A stretch of DNA of 64,000 nt. Source: Rhodoluna sp. (GTDB taxonomy: Bacteria > Actinomycetota > Actinomycetes > Actinomycetales > Microbacteriaceae). Location of the stretch: positions 13,521 through 77,520 of the forward strand of contig JAPLAJ010000053.1 in assembly GCA_026393335.1 (NCBI GenBank), given 5' to 3'. Position 1 is the first letter of the stretch. Each line of letters starts with the position of its first letter. Under the pieces are notes generated by a model. The model worked only from the letters and a program-made list of their open reading frames with translations. It did no database searches and was not told the origin of the DNA. A program made the position numbers and the translations under genes. Below are positions 1-9,766 of this stretch, one piece after another.

Positions 1-271
1 CTGCTTCACGAGCTGCATCTGCAGCTGCACCGGTTGCGAACACGATAACGCGTGCTGTCTTACCAGTTCCGTGCGGCAAACCTACGGTGCCACGGATCAT
101 CTGGTCAGCTTTACGAGGGTCAACACCAAGCTTCACTGCAACTTCAACAGTTGAGTCGAACTTAGATGTGCCAGTCTCTTTTACAAGAGTTACTGCTTCT
201 GCAGGTGTGTAGAACTTACCTTCAGTTATTTTCTGTGCTGCGGCAATATATGCCTTTGAGCGCTTAGCCAT
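1..271 (-). CDS. rplA: 50S ribosomal protein L1, N-terminal part (gene runs off the window)
   Basis: Hand translation of the minus strand from ATG (269-271) gives [71 protein letters not shown], which is typical L1. It lies directly downstream of rplK. Confidence 0.95.
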   Translation of the reverse strand, partial: MAKRSKAYIAAAQKITEGKFYTPAEAVTLVKETGTSKFDSTVEVAVKLGVDPRKADQMIRGTVGLPHGTGKTARVIVFATGAAADAAREA

Positions 272-357
272 TCTGCTTTTCCTTCTTTTTAGTTGGTCAC
301 AGTTGTGGTGTAACGAGTCGCGCGCGACTCTCCCACTTCCGTTTGGTTATTTTGTTA

Positions 358-792
358 CTAGAAACCTTCGACGGTGATACCCATGCTGCGGGCAGTACCA
401 GCGATGATCTTTGCTGCTGCTTCAACGTCATTGGCGTTGAGGTCAGACATCTTGGTCTCGGCGATCTTTAGAACCTGTTCGCGAGTAAGTTTTGCTACCT
501 TCACGGTGTGAGGTGTAGCTGAACCCTTAGCAACTCCAGCTGCCTTCTTGATTAGCTCAGCTGCAGGTGGTGTCTTAAGGATGAATGTGAATGAACGGTC
601 TTCATACACGGTGATCTCTACTGGAACAACGTTTCCACGCTGGTCTGCAGTTGCATTGTTGTATGCAGTACAGAATTCCATGATGTTCACACCATGCTGA
701 CCAAGAGCTGGACCAATCGGTGGGGCTGGGTTAGCAGCTCCAGCTTGGATCTGCAGCTTGATCATGCCGGTTACTTTTTTCTTCGGTGCCAT
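358..792 (-). CDS. rplK: 50S ribosomal protein L11
   Basis: The 144-aa ORF reads [41 protein letters not shown], the canonical L11 N-terminus. It sits in the nusG-rplK-rplA order. Confidence 0.97.
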
Positions 793-827
793 TTGTTAGT
801 TTCCTTTGGTTTTAGGTTTGTAAATCT

Positions 828-1691
828 TTATACGAGAGCTGATACCTGGTCGAAGGCAAGTTCAACAGGTGTTTCACGTTCGAACAATGAAACCAGAACA
901 ATAAGCTTGCCGCTTTCTGGTTTGATTTCGCTGATGGTTCCAGGAAGTCCAGCGAATGAACCTTCCTTGATCATGATGCTTTCGCCAAGTTTGTAGTTGA
1001 CGTTAACAGGGATTGACTTCGCCTTGCCTTTAGCTCCACCCTTGACTGCGGCCTTAGCAGCTGCCTCTTCAGGAAGAACGTAAAGGGTCTTTAGCATCTC
1101 AAATGCTTCTTGCGGACGCATTGGGCTTGGGTATTCGCTGTGACCGACAAAGCCTGTAACAGCAGGGGTTCCACGAACTAGTGACCATGAGTCTTCGTTC
1201 ATGTCCATGCGCACTAGAACATAACCTGGGATACGAACCTTGGTAACAAGCTTTCTCTGACCGTTCTTGATTTCAATGGATTCTTCCATTGGAACTTCGA
1301 TCTGGTAGATGTCATCGCCACCAACGATAGAGAGCATACGGTTTTCAATGTTCTGCTTCACACGCTTCTCGTAACCTGCGTATGAGTGAATGATGAACCA
1401 CTTGCCTGGCATCTCACGAAGTTCTTTCTTGAAAGCAGCGTATGGATCTTCGTCTTCTTCAACAGTTGGCTCGTTAGCTACTGGAGCATCGTGGATAACT
1501 TCTGCTGCTGCAGTTTCAGATTCGGCAGCAGCTTCAACATCGCTCTCAACGTGAAGAGCTAGCTCCTCAGCTGATTGCTCATCAGCGTTGGTGTCATCAA
1601 TGTATGCAGGGTCAGTTTCAGCGTAGTCAGATGATTCAACCTCAAGGTTGATCTCTTCTGGCTGGTTCTGCTCTGATTCGAAATCGGTCAC
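828..1691 (-). CDS. nusG: Transcription termination/antitermination factor NusG with an acidic N-terminal extension
   Basis: It contains an NGN domain (GKWFIIHSYAGYEKRVKQNIE) and a KOW domain (GESIMIKEGSFAGLPGTISEI). It follows secE. Confidence 0.95.
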   Translation of the reverse strand: MTDFESEQNQPEEINLEVESSDYAETDPAYIDDTNADEQSAEELALHVESDVEAAAESETAAAEVIHDAPVANEPTVEEDEDPYAAFKKELREMPGKWFIIHSYAGYEKRVKQNIENRMLSIVGGDDIYQIEVPMEESIEIKNGQRKLVTKVRIPGYVLVRMDMNEDSWSLVRGTPAVTGFVGHSEYPSPMRPQEAFEMLKTLYVLPEEAAAKAAVKGGAKGKAKSIPVNVNYKLGESIMIKEGSFAGLPGTISEIKPESGKLIVLVSLFERETPVELAFDQVSALV

Positions 1692-1720
1692 GTGTTTCCT
1701 TAGTTAGTTAGTTCTAAAAA

Positions 1721-1999
1721 TTAGTTGGTGGTATCGAAAGCTGTGTATAGCCAAGTGATGCCTGAACCAAACATCAGATCTAAGCCGAGGATGATAAGCA
1801 TGACTACAGTTACGAAACCAAGAACGACTCCGGTGTAGTTACGAAGTTCGTTGAAAGTTGGTTTGTTAACCTTACGTAGCTCAGCGATTACCTGCTGAAT
1901 AAAAAGAATGATGCGACCGATAGGTCCGCGTGCAGCAGCGCGACTAGCCTTTGACTTTTCAACTAAGTCTTCGGATGCCTGCTCTAGTTCTTCTGACAT
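1721..1999 (-). CDS. secE: Preprotein translocase subunit SecE
   Basis: The 92-aa product has FIQQVIAELRKVNKPTFNEL followed by a single C-terminal TM helix. It lies between tRNA-Trp and nusG. Confidence 0.9.
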   Translation of the reverse strand: MSEELEQASEDLVEKSKASRAAARGPIGRIILFIQQVIAELRKVNKPTFNELRNYTGVVLGFVTVVMLIILGLDLMFGSGITWLYTAFDTTN

Positions 2000-2059
2000 T
2001 TCTCTTCCTTCAGTTAATGCTGGTGTTACTTTTCAATATCACAAATGTGACATTGTTTG

Positions 2060-2132
2060 CAGGGCAGACAGGACTCGAACCTGCAACCTGCGGTTTTGGA
2101 GACCGCTGCTCTACCAATTGAGCCACTGCCCT
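2060..2132 (-). tRNA. trpT: tRNA-Trp (anticodon CCA)
   Basis: The reverse complement AGGGCAGTGGCTCAATTGGTAGAGCAGCGGTCTCCAAAACCGCAGGTTGCAGGTTCGAGTCCTGTCTGCCCTG folds as a cloverleaf with anticodon loop CTCCAAA. It occupies the conserved position upstream of secE. Confidence 0.92.
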
Positions 2133-2276
2133 AAGGAGGCAAATGGGCACACTAATAGATTGATATCTAAAATGATTAAATTTGCCAGATTAGGCTTGGG
2201 GCAGTTGTCAAACTACCTCTAACGAGTTTAGCCCTGAGCCCCGCTAAATGCAAAGGGAGATCCTGGTCCTTGTGTA

Positions 2277-2296
2277 GGTAATGCATATGCATTACC
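2277..2296. promoter_or_regulatory. Perfect 20-bp palindrome, candidate PrlF/YhaV operator
   Basis: GGTAATGCATATGCATTACC is its own reverse complement. It overlaps the first ATGs of the ORF-track start of the antitoxin gene. Confidence 0.5.
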
Positions 2297-2304
2297 ATCT
2301 AGCC

Positions 2305-2670
2305 ATGGATGAAAACGAACTTGAATCAAGTCTCACCGACAGGTACCAAACCACCGTCCCAGCCAGGGTCAGAAAGCTCCTTGGTCTAGGCAAGAGAGAC
2401 AAATTGGAGTGGATACTCGATGAATCGGGTGGTATACGAGTTAACAAGAAGGCAGCAGAGCCAGAGCACTTTGACCCAATCTTTGATCAATGGCTGGACT
2501 TCCTTGAAAAGGACATGCTTGATCATCCTGAACGCCTAATCCCCTTGGACGATAAATGGTACGAAGACATGGTCTTCGAATTGTCTGGGGAAAGGGGTGT
2601 TGGCGTCCCTGGATTCCCGCCTACCTTGGCAGAATTCAGAGCTCAGCCAGACCTTCACGACGAGGACTAA
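2305..2670 (+). CDS. prlF: PrlF/SohA-family (AbrB/SpoVT fold) type II antitoxin. The ORF-track start is 2281, and ATG 2305 is preferred.
   Basis: TDRYQTTVPARVRKLLGL matches the PrlF swapped-hairpin motif (E. coli KVTIRGQTTIPAPVREALKL). The C-terminus is acidic. The stop directly abuts the ATG of the yhaV-like gene. Confidence 0.8.
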   Translation: MDENELESSLTDRYQTTVPARVRKLLGLGKRDKLEWILDESGGIRVNKKAAEPEHFDPIFDQWLDFLEKDMLDHPERLIPLDDKWYEDMVFELSGERGVGVPGFPPTLAEFRAQPDLHDED

Positions 2671-3120
2671 ATGGCTCTTGTGAACACATGGGGCTTGAGA
2701 GCCCACCCTGCATTTCTGCTAGTTCTAGGTGAGTATAAGAATCGAGTCCTTGAGTCAAGTAAAAAAGTTGGCAAAGACGCGCATCTAACCCATGACGGCA
2801 AACATCTAAAAGCATTGTTTGCGCTGATTCTCGACACCGTGCCATCAAATCCAGCTGATCCGAAATTTCGATTGGGAAACACTCTCGGCACTGAGTATAA
2901 GCACTGGCTTCGAGCGAAGTTCCGGCAGCAGTATCGGGTTTTCTTTAGATACAGTTCGCGAAGTCAAGCCATCGTTTATGCCTGGGCAAATGATGATAAA
3001 ACACTACGGGCCTATGGATCAAAAACAGATGCCTATCAAGTGTTTAGAAAAATGCTTGAATCTGGGGAAGTTCCGAACGACTGGGATGAGCTACTAGCTG
3101 AGTCCAAGAGACTTAGCTAA
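2671..3120 (+). CDS. yhaV: YhaV-family type II toxin (ribonuclease)
   Basis: The product is colinear with E. coli YhaV: [23 protein letters not shown]...[41 protein letters not shown]. Confidence 0.88.
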   Translation: MALVNTWGLRAHPAFLLVLGEYKNRVLESSKKVGKDAHLTHDGKHLKALFALILDTVPSNPADPKFRLGNTLGTEYKHWLRAKFRQQYRVFFRYSSRSQAIVYAWANDDKTLRAYGSKTDAYQVFRKMLESGEVPNDWDELLAESKRLS

Positions 3121-4312
3121 AGAGTTTCTGAAGTCTCTGAATACCCTCGAGAAGTTGTGCATCACCTAGAGCATAAGAAAGTCTTACGTAGCCTGAAGGT
3201 CCGAAAGCTTCTCCTGGCACAAGGGCCACTTCTGCTGCATCAAGCATGTAATCACAAAGTTCGAGGCTGGTTTCAATTCTCTTGCCGCCCCACTCTTTTC
3301 CAAGTAATCCAGTGACATCTGAATAAACATAGAAAGCACCTTGAGGTGTTGGGGCAATCCAACCAGGGATCTTGTTCAGTTCATCAACTGCAATTCTTCT
3401 TCTTCTATCAAATGCATCGCGCATTGCTAGAACTTCATCCTGAGGGCCGGTTAGAGCAGCTAGTGCTGCTCGCTGGCTGATGTTAGAAACGTTTGAGGAA
3501 AGGTGTGACTGCAGGTTAGCTGCTGCCTTCATTGCATCTAGAGGTCCAGCCATCCAGCCCAAACGCCAACCCGTCATTGCATAGGTCTTAGCAACACCGT
3601 TGACCATGATGGTCCTGTCAGCTAGTTCAGGAACAACCTCGGTAATTGAATATGCTTTTAGACCGTCATAGGTAAGGTTCTGATAAATCTCATCAGTAAC
3701 AATCCAAAGACCATTTTCATAAGCCCACTTACCAATAGCTTCAACTTGCTCACGAGAGTAAACGGCACCGGTTGGGTTAGAAGGTGAAACAAAGAGAAGA
3801 ACCTTAGTTCTAGGAGTTCTTGCCTTCTCAAGCTGATCAACAGTTACTAGATATCCTTGGTCACTTCCAGAGAAGATCTCAACTGGGACTCCGCCAGCTA
3901 AATGAATAGCTTCAGGGTATGTAGTCCAGAAAGGGGTTGGCACAATAACTTCATCGCCTGGATCAAGAAGAGTTGCGAATGCTTGGTATACAGCTTGCTT
4001 ACCACCGTTAGTAACAACAACCTGTGCTGCAGTTATTTCAGTTCCTGAATCAATCTTTGTTTTGTGAGCAATGGCTTCACGAAGTTCTGGTAAACCAACA
4101 GCTGGGGTGTAACGGTGGTTCTTAGGATCTCTAGCGGCAAGTACAGCAGCTTCAACAATGTGTTGAGGGGTTGGGAAGTCAGGTTCACCTGCTGCATAAG
4201 AAATAACCGGCTTACCAGCTGCTTGTAGAGCCTTAGCCTTAGCATCAACTTTTAGAGTGGCTGACTCTGCAATAGAGCCGATTCGATGAGAGATTCTAGG
4301 AAATTCGTTCAC
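3113..4312 (-). CDS. aspC: PLP-dependent aspartate aminotransferase (class I)
   Basis: The 399-aa product contains [18 protein letters not shown] and a [17 protein letters not shown] lysine motif. Confidence 0.9.
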   Translation of the reverse strand: MNEFPRISHRIGSIAESATLKVDAKAKALQAAGKPVISYAAGEPDFPTPQHIVEAAVLAARDPKNHRYTPAVGLPELREAIAHKTKIDSGTEITAAQVVVTNGGKQAVYQAFATLLDPGDEVIVPTPFWTTYPEAIHLAGGVPVEIFSGSDQGYLVTVDQLEKARTPRTKVLLFVSPSNPTGAVYSREQVEAIGKWAYENGLWIVTDEIYQNLTYDGLKAYSITEVVPELADRTIMVNGVAKTYAMTGWRLGWMAGPLDAMKAAANLQSHLSSNVSNISQRAALAALTGPQDEVLAMRDAFDRRRRIAVDELNKIPGWIAPTPQGAFYVYSDVTGLLGKEWGGKRIETSLELCDYMLDAAEVALVPGEAFGPSGYVRLSYALGDAQLLEGIQRLQKLFS

Positions 4313-4368
4313 AGCCTAAGCCTACCTAAACCTCTTCAGCGGAGAGTTAGCCCAGTATCCTAAAAGAC

Positions 4369-4974
4369 ATGACCGCCATACTGCCAGGATTCTTAACTGG
4401 ACTATCGCTGATAGTTGCTATAGGCGCTCAGAATGCTTTTGTCCTAAGGCAAGGCCTGCTCAGAAAGCATGTGCTACCTATAGTTCTTATCTGCGCCATC
4501 AGTGATGCAACCCTAATCATCTTGGGTGTCCTTGGTTTAGGCGCTCTAATCTCTGCACTACCTTGGCTGCTTGAAGTTATTAGGTGGGTGGGTGTGGCCT
4601 TCCTAGTTTGGTATGGGTCGACTTCACTGAAGAGGTTTATGAAGAATGAATCCCTGAAGGCTGCCGAAGCTGGTTCCGGGAATCTGAAGCAGACAGTGCT
4701 GACAACTCTTGCCCTAACGTTTTTGAACCCTCATGTGTACTTAGACACAGTCATCTTTATTGGTGGCATCGCTAACCAGTTTGGTGATCAGAAGTGGATG
4801 TTTGTCATTGGTGCTGTAACAGCAAGTTTCATCTGGTTCTTTGGTTTAGGTTTTGGTGCAAGCAAGGCATCGGTAGTAATGAGTAGGCCAACGTTCTGGA
4901 AAATACTGGATGTGTTTATTGCTGCAGTTATGTTCAGCTTGGCAATCACTCTTGCTGTAGCGAAACTTAGTTAG
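4369..4974 (+). CDS. LysE/ArgO-family basic amino-acid exporter
   Basis: The 201-aa product has about 6 hydrophobic segments. The N-terminus LSLIVAIGAQNAFVLRQG is typical of the LysE family. Confidence 0.85.
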   Translation: MTAILPGFLTGLSLIVAIGAQNAFVLRQGLLRKHVLPIVLICAISDATLIILGVLGLGALISALPWLLEVIRWVGVAFLVWYGSTSLKRFMKNESLKAAEAGSGNLKQTVLTTLALTFLNPHVYLDTVIFIGGIANQFGDQKWMFVIGAVTASFIWFFGLGFGASKASVVMSRPTFWKILDVFIAAVMFSLAITLAVAKLS

Positions 4975-5942
4975 AAGCCAATCAGATTTGGTTCTGGAAC
5001 TAAATTGATTCCAAACTTATTTGATACCTGAGTCTGAATGTATCTAGCCAGTTCAGTTACTTCCTTTGCTGTTGCATCTCCCCTATTAGTAATTGCAAGA
5101 GCATGCTTAGAAGAGATAGCTGCTTTGGAGCCAGGCAAACTAAATCCTTTGTGAATTCCTGATTGCTCAATCAGCCATGCAGCGCTGAGTTTGACTGTCA
5201 TTCCATCATCTGCTTCGGTTGGCCACTGCGGTGCATCAAGAGGTAATGTCTTGGCAAAACTTTCAGACACGATTGGGTTAGTAAAGAACGATCCACAAGA
5301 CCAAGTGTCATGATCTTTATCCTCTAAGACCATTCCCTTAGCTGACCTTTGACCAATAACTTCTTCAACTCTTGCTTCTAGTAGTTCATTGTGAGCTGCA
5401 GGTAGATCTGTGAAGAATTGGAATTCAACCCAAGTGATTAGTCCTTGTTTACCCTGTTTGAAGATGCTGTCACGATATCCAAAACCGCAATCAGTCTTTG
5501 ACATGATTTGTAACTCGCCTGTATTGAAATCTAGAAACTCTAGCGAGTGTAGAGTGAGTGATAGCTCTTGACCATAAGCACCGATGTTTTGAATAGGTGC
5601 AGCACCAACGGTTCCTGGAATTCCAGCAAGAGATTCAATGCCTGCTAAACCTTGCTTAGCAGTATGAACGACAAAGTCATTCCAGTTCTCTCCTGCTTGA
5701 ACTCTTACTCGACCTTGACCTTTGTATTCAACACCCAGGTTTCGAACCAAAATAACTTCAAGACCTGGAAGTTCATCAGCTGCAACAAGATTGGATCCAC
5801 CACCAAGGACTAACCAGTTATCTGTTCTTGCCCAAACATCTTTAGCAATAGAAATCAGTTCATCTCTGCTATTAGCCACATGGATACGCTCAGGCTTACC
5901 ACCAACATGAATGGTGGTTAGTTCACTAAGCGGTTGAGTCAT
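4971..5942 (-). CDS. murB: UDP-N-acetylmuramate dehydrogenase
   Basis: The N-terminus TTIHVGGKPE...VLGGGSNLV matches an FAD-binding domain. The C-terminal region SAAWLIEQSGIHKGF matches the MurB C-domain. Confidence 0.9.
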   Translation of the reverse strand: MTQPLSELTTIHVGGKPERIHVANSRDELISIAKDVWARTDNWLVLGGGSNLVAADELPGLEVILVRNLGVEYKGQGRVRVQAGENWNDFVVHTAKQGLAGIESLAGIPGTVGAAPIQNIGAYGQELSLTLHSLEFLDFNTGELQIMSKTDCGFGYRDSIFKQGKQGLITWVEFQFFTDLPAAHNELLEARVEEVIGQRSAKGMVLEDKDHDTWSCGSFFTNPIVSESFAKTLPLDAPQWPTEADDGMTVKLSAAWLIEQSGIHKGFSLPGSKAAISSKHALAITNRGDATAKEVTELARYIQTQVSNKFGINLVPEPNLIGF

Positions 5943-6361
5943 AACTTGATAACTGCTTGAGCTTTACCTAGAACTGCTAGTTCAGCAGAGCTAGCACTTA
6001 GATCAATACGAACGGTGTTGTTCTCTAAATCAATAGCTCCAACTTTGCCGATTACTAAAACATCAGCACCAGTATTGGCATCAACAAAAACAGGCTTAGT
6101 GAATCTAACCCCGTAGTCAATAACTTTGCCAGCATCGCCAACCCAGTTAACTGCCACCTGAACTGCAGCTCCCATAGTTAGCATGCCGTGAGCAAGTACA
6201 CCATCTAAGCCAACAGATTTAGCGAAATCATCACGGTAGTGAATTGGATTGAAATCTCCTGAAGCTCCCGCATATCTAACTAGGGAATCACGAGTGAAGT
6301 GAAAAGTGTGACTGCCTATCTCTTGGCCAACTTCTAGAGAAGCGATATTGATGTGAGTCAT
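5939..6361 (-). CDS. MaoC-family (R)-hydratase/dehydratase (HadB-like)
   Basis: It carries the hot-dog fold motif SGDFNPIHYRDDFAKSVGL. It is paired with the upstream MaoC N-terminal-type gene, as in the actinobacterial had locus. Confidence 0.85.
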   Translation of the reverse strand: MTHINIASLEVGQEIGSHTFHFTRDSLVRYAGASGDFNPIHYRDDFAKSVGLDGVLAHGMLTMGAAVQVAVNWVGDAGKVIDYGVRFTKPVFVDANTGADVLVIGKVGAIDLENNTVRIDLSASSAELAVLGKAQAVIKL

Positions 6362-6801
6362 TATTCGCCCCTGACTACAAGAGTGCTGATTGCTGTACAG
6401 ACCAGGTCCTTGTTTCTATCAAAGATTTCAGTGTTGAAAGTAATCATTGAATGAGCACCAAGGGATTTCACAGACGCAACTTCAAGAATTGAAGTTAGTT
6501 CATCCCAAGCCACTATCGGCCGTGTGTGAATAAACCTTTGGTCGCCATGGACAACTCTTGAGAAATCAATATCTGCCTCAGGGTCCGATAGCACTGCTGG
6601 TAATGACCTCTCTTGGATAAGAACTGCAAATGTAGGGGGAGCTACTAGATCTGGATAGCCAGCTGCCTGGGCTGCGAAAAGATCGTGGTTGATTGGGTTG
6701 GTCGAGAAGACGGCATTAGCGAATTCTCTTACCTTTTCACGCCCAACTAAATAGGGGGCTGTTTCTGGGTATTTCTTACCCTGCACATTTGGATTGACCA
6801 T
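6361..6801 (-). CDS. MaoC-like dehydratase, N-terminal-domain type (HadA-like)
   Basis: The 146-aa product has start/stop overlap with the downstream MaoC gene. It occupies the conserved position next to tRNA-Met/Thr. Confidence 0.8.
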   Translation of the reverse strand: MVNPNVQGKKYPETAPYLVGREKVREFANAVFSTNPINHDLFAAQAAGYPDLVAPPTFAVLIQERSLPAVLSDPEADIDFSRVVHGDQRFIHTRPIVAWDELTSILEVASVKSLGAHSMITFNTEIFDRNKDLVCTAISTLVVRGE

Positions 6802-6837
6802 GAGTCAAGTTTCGCAGATATTCTGCCCAAAAGGACT

Positions 6838-6914
6838 TGGTAGCGGGAGCGGGACTTGAACCCGCGACACCACGATTATGAGTCGTGTGCTCTAACCACC
6901 TGAGCTACCCCGCC
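6838..6914 (-). tRNA. metT: tRNA-Met (anticodon CAT, encoded CCA end)
   Basis: The reverse complement GGCGGGGTAGCTCAGGTGGTTAGAGCACACGACTCATAATCGTGGTGTCGCGGGTTCAAGTCCCGCTCCCGCTACCA folds as a cloverleaf. It lacks initiator features. A lysidine-modified tRNA-Ile(CAU) cannot be excluded from sequence alone. Confidence 0.85.
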
Positions 6915-6918
6915 GCAG

Positions 6919-6990
<72 letters not shown>

Positions 6991-7058
6991 GTGACTGCCT
7001 TGATTAACAGGCTTAGGCACCAGTCGAGATTACCACCTAGGCAATGCATAGGCAAACT

Positions 7059-8909
7059 TTATGAGTTCGCTGGTAAGCGCCAAATGTTGATGGCTAGGGC
7101 TTCGCTAGGCAGAATGGCATTAGATCCTTCGAAGCGAATCTTGGCCCCTCCAAAGAGGTTCTCCGCTTGTTTTAGCCCATTGATGGACTCGATAGGGATT
7201 GCGGCGTTCTTCTCAGATCCGCGACTAGCAACTACCAAAATGCTCTGTTTTTTGTTCTCGCGAACATAAGCGATCAGTTCATCAGAGACGTAAACAAACC
7301 TCATTGAACCATCATGCAAAGCACTATTATCTTTACGGATCTTCGCAAAAGCCTGGTAGTCGGCCAACATGGTTAGGTCATTTGGTCGTTCGTTGTTCCA
7401 AGGGATAGGTGTTCTTGACTCCTCACCGTTACCGCCGTCAAGGCCAAATTCATCTCCAGCCCAGATAACCGGCATGCCTGGAAAAGTGAACTGCATGCCA
7501 GCAGCAACTCGCTGAGCGCCTGGAATAGTAAAGGACTTGAATCTAGGGATGTCGTGAGTATCCAAAGGATTCATGTTATGTAATCGCACATGCCACGGGA
7601 AACCGGCTGCAAAATCTAGGTGCTGTTTCACCATTTCTGTTCCGGTGATCTTGGTTCTACCAATACCTAAGAAGCCTGCTTCTGCTTTGACATCGGTGTT
7701 ATAGAACCAGCGCCAAACCGGCTTTGTGAAGTTGTAGTAGGTCATAGCCCCGTGCCAGCCTTCACCTTGAATTTGGTAGGCAGCGTCTCCAGTGTACTCA
7801 CCTAGAAGAATTGTGTTCTTGTTTATCTTCTGCATAGATTCACGAATAAGAACCTGAAGCTCCATATACATGTCTTCTTCACGGATACGGCCAGTCATGT
7901 TCGAAACATCGATACGCCAACCATCCATGTTAAAAGGTTTCTTAATCCACCTTGCAACAATGGAGTTCTTCCCAGAAATGAATTTCTTTCTAAGTTCCTT
8001 CGAATTCCAATTGAACTTAGGAAGGGATGGAACACCAAACCAGGCGTCATAGTCTTTGTTTTTATTACTGAAGTAGTAGAACTCAGATTCCTTAGCGCCA
8101 GGCTTCTTATAGGCAGCTTTGAACCATTCATGAGAATTGCCAGAGTGATTGCTGGTGAGGTCTCCGATTACTTTGAAACCTTTTTTATGAGCTGCTTCAA
8201 CAAGTTGAATAAGTGCCTTGTCTCCGCCAAGAAGTGGGTCGACTTCAGCAAAACTACTCGCGTCATACCTGTGATTCGATCGAGCTGGGAAAACTGGTGT
8301 CAAATAAATCAAAGTCACCCCAAGATCTTTTAGATGATCTAAGTGCTCGGTAATTCCGTAGATGTCCCCGCCGAAAAACTGTTCACTCGTGCCAGGACCT
8401 GTTGCAGTTACCTTATCGCCCCAACCTTTAGGGATAGCCCACTGAGGTGTCTTATGTTTATCTGCATGCGAAGATCTCGCGAAACGATCGGGAAAGATCT
8501 GATACATCACTGCACTCTTACCCCAGTCAGGAGCAGAGGAGAAAGTATTGATTCTGAAATCCTCAACATCAGGCTGTTCCAAGACGCTGATGCCCCTAGC
8601 GTTTAGCCAATAACTTGAACCATCCACCATTTCAATAAACCATCGATAGTTCATGTATGGGTTATGCATCACTATTTCTGATTCAAACCAAGACCAACCA
8701 TTTGCAGAAGAAAGCAGTTTTGCCGGTGGAGTTGGGAAAGCTTCGCCTGATTCACTGAAGCGAACTCGAACAGATTTAACCTTGCCGAAGCTCTTGTGAA
8801 TGCGGATGCGTAGCTTTACTTTCTCAAGTAACTTCGGTTTCTGATTAGGAACATACAAAGCCGAACCATCATGATGTGGCTGCAAAGCTAGAGGCAGGTT
8901 TAGGGCCAC
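7059..8909 (-). CDS. GH13 alpha-glycosidase with an N-terminal beta-sandwich domain (maltodextrin glucosidase/neopullulanase-like)
   Basis: GH13 conserved regions are present: DLTSNHSG, GWRIDVSNM and LDTHD. It is the last gene of the malEFG-like operon, with start/stop overlap at 8909. Confidence 0.88.
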   Translation of the reverse strand: MALNLPLALQPHHDGSALYVPNQKPKLLEKVKLRIRIHKSFGKVKSVRVRFSESGEAFPTPPAKLLSSANGWSWFESEIVMHNPYMNYRWFIEMVDGSSYWLNARGISVLEQPDVEDFRINTFSSAPDWGKSAVMYQIFPDRFARSSHADKHKTPQWAIPKGWGDKVTATGPGTSEQFFGGDIYGITEHLDHLKDLGVTLIYLTPVFPARSNHRYDASSFAEVDPLLGGDKALIQLVEAAHKKGFKVIGDLTSNHSGNSHEWFKAAYKKPGAKESEFYYFSNKNKDYDAWFGVPSLPKFNWNSKELRKKFISGKNSIVARWIKKPFNMDGWRIDVSNMTGRIREEDMYMELQVLIRESMQKINKNTILLGEYTGDAAYQIQGEGWHGAMTYYNFTKPVWRWFYNTDVKAEAGFLGIGRTKITGTEMVKQHLDFAAGFPWHVRLHNMNPLDTHDIPRFKSFTIPGAQRVAAGMQFTFPGMPVIWAGDEFGLDGGNGEESRTPIPWNNERPNDLTMLADYQAFAKIRKDNSALHDGSMRFVYVSDELIAYVRENKKQSILVVASRGSEKNAAIPIESINGLKQAENLFGGAKIRFEGSNAILPSEALAINIWRLPANS

Positions 8910-9766
8910 TAGCCTTTCACCGCACCAGCGGTTAGACCGTTAATGATGTACTTCTGCAGAGACAAGAACAGAATCACGATTGGCAAAGAAGTCAACAAAG
9001 AACCAGCTGCGAATGGGCCCCAGTTAGTTTCGAATTGTCCGCCGATGAAAGCACGTAAACCGACAGCAACTGTTTGCTGACTCGGATCAGTAAGGAACAG
9101 GGCTGCAAGAATGTACTCGTTGAAAATACCAATGAAGGTAAGCAAACAAACGACAGCCAAAACTGGTGATGCCAGAGGCATGAATATTCTCCAGTAAATC
9201 TGCATTGGGCTTGCTCCATCAACGCGAGCGGCTTCATCTAGTTCGATTGGAATCGAGTCCACGAATCCCTTCAACAGCCAAATGTTTACACCCATAGCTC
9301 CACCCAGATAAACAAGGATAAGTCCACCGATGGTGCCTAGTCCTAGGCCGGGTGCAAAAATTTGCACCCTCTCCATGATTGAATAAACGGCCGCCAGTGC
9401 TAGGACTGAAGGGAACATCTGAATCAATAGCAAAAGTTGAATTGAACCTTTCTTGCCCTTGAAGCGAAGGCGACTGAAGGCGAATGCAGAAGCTGCACCA
9501 ACGAATACAGAAAGCACTGAAACAATCAATGAGATCACAACTGAGTTAGACATCCAGGTATAGAAGGGAATCAGTGGATTGCTTAGCAATTCGTCAAAGT
9601 TTGACAGCGAGAAGCCGGTAGGTAAGAATGAGCCGACCTGCAAGGAAGTTGTTTTCTTGAACGAGGTCAGAACGATCATGTAAAGCGGGAAAAGTGCAAA
9701 GAAGCAAGCTGCCCACGCTACAGTATGACGCCAGCCTTTTGTGGTAAACCACTTAACGAAAATCAT
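8909..9766 (-). CDS. malG: Sugar ABC transporter permease (MalG-like)
   Basis: The 285-aa product has 6 hydrophobic segments and the EAA loop IELDEAARVDGASPMQIYWRIFMP. Confidence 0.88.
   Translation of the reverse strand: MIFVKWFTTKGWRHTVAWAACFFALFPLYMIVLTSFKKTTSLQVGSFLPTGFSLSNFDELLSNPLIPFYTWMSNSVVISLIVSVLSVFVGAASAFAFSRLRFKGKKGSIQLLLLIQMFPSVLALAAVYSIMERVQIFAPGLGLGTIGGLILVYLGGAMGVNIWLLKGFVDSIPIELDEAARVDGASPMQIYWRIFMPLASPVLAVVCLLTFIGIFNEYILAALFLTDPSQQTVAVGLRAFIGGQFETNWGPFAAGSLLTSLPIVILFLSLQKYIINGLTAGAVKG

Noticed and set aside
694-2222. Plus-strand ORFs 694-996 and 1908-2222.
   Set aside because: They are antisense to rplK/nusG and to secE/tRNA-Trp respectively, and the housekeeping genes explain the sequence.
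6802-6837. I expected rpmG (L33) between tRNA-Met and the MaoC pair, as in the mycobacterial tRNA-Thr/tRNA-Met/rpmG2/hadABC arrangement.
   Set aside because: Only 36 nt separate the MaoC start from the tRNA, so no L33 gene can be here. It is presumably encoded elsewhere, and on its own this is not informative.
6838-6914. An alternative identity of the CAT-anticodon tRNA as initiator tRNA-fMet.
   Set aside because: The 1-72 positions can pair (G-U), and the anticodon stem lacks the three consecutive G-C pairs typical of initiators. The conserved position next to tRNA-Thr favours elongator Met.
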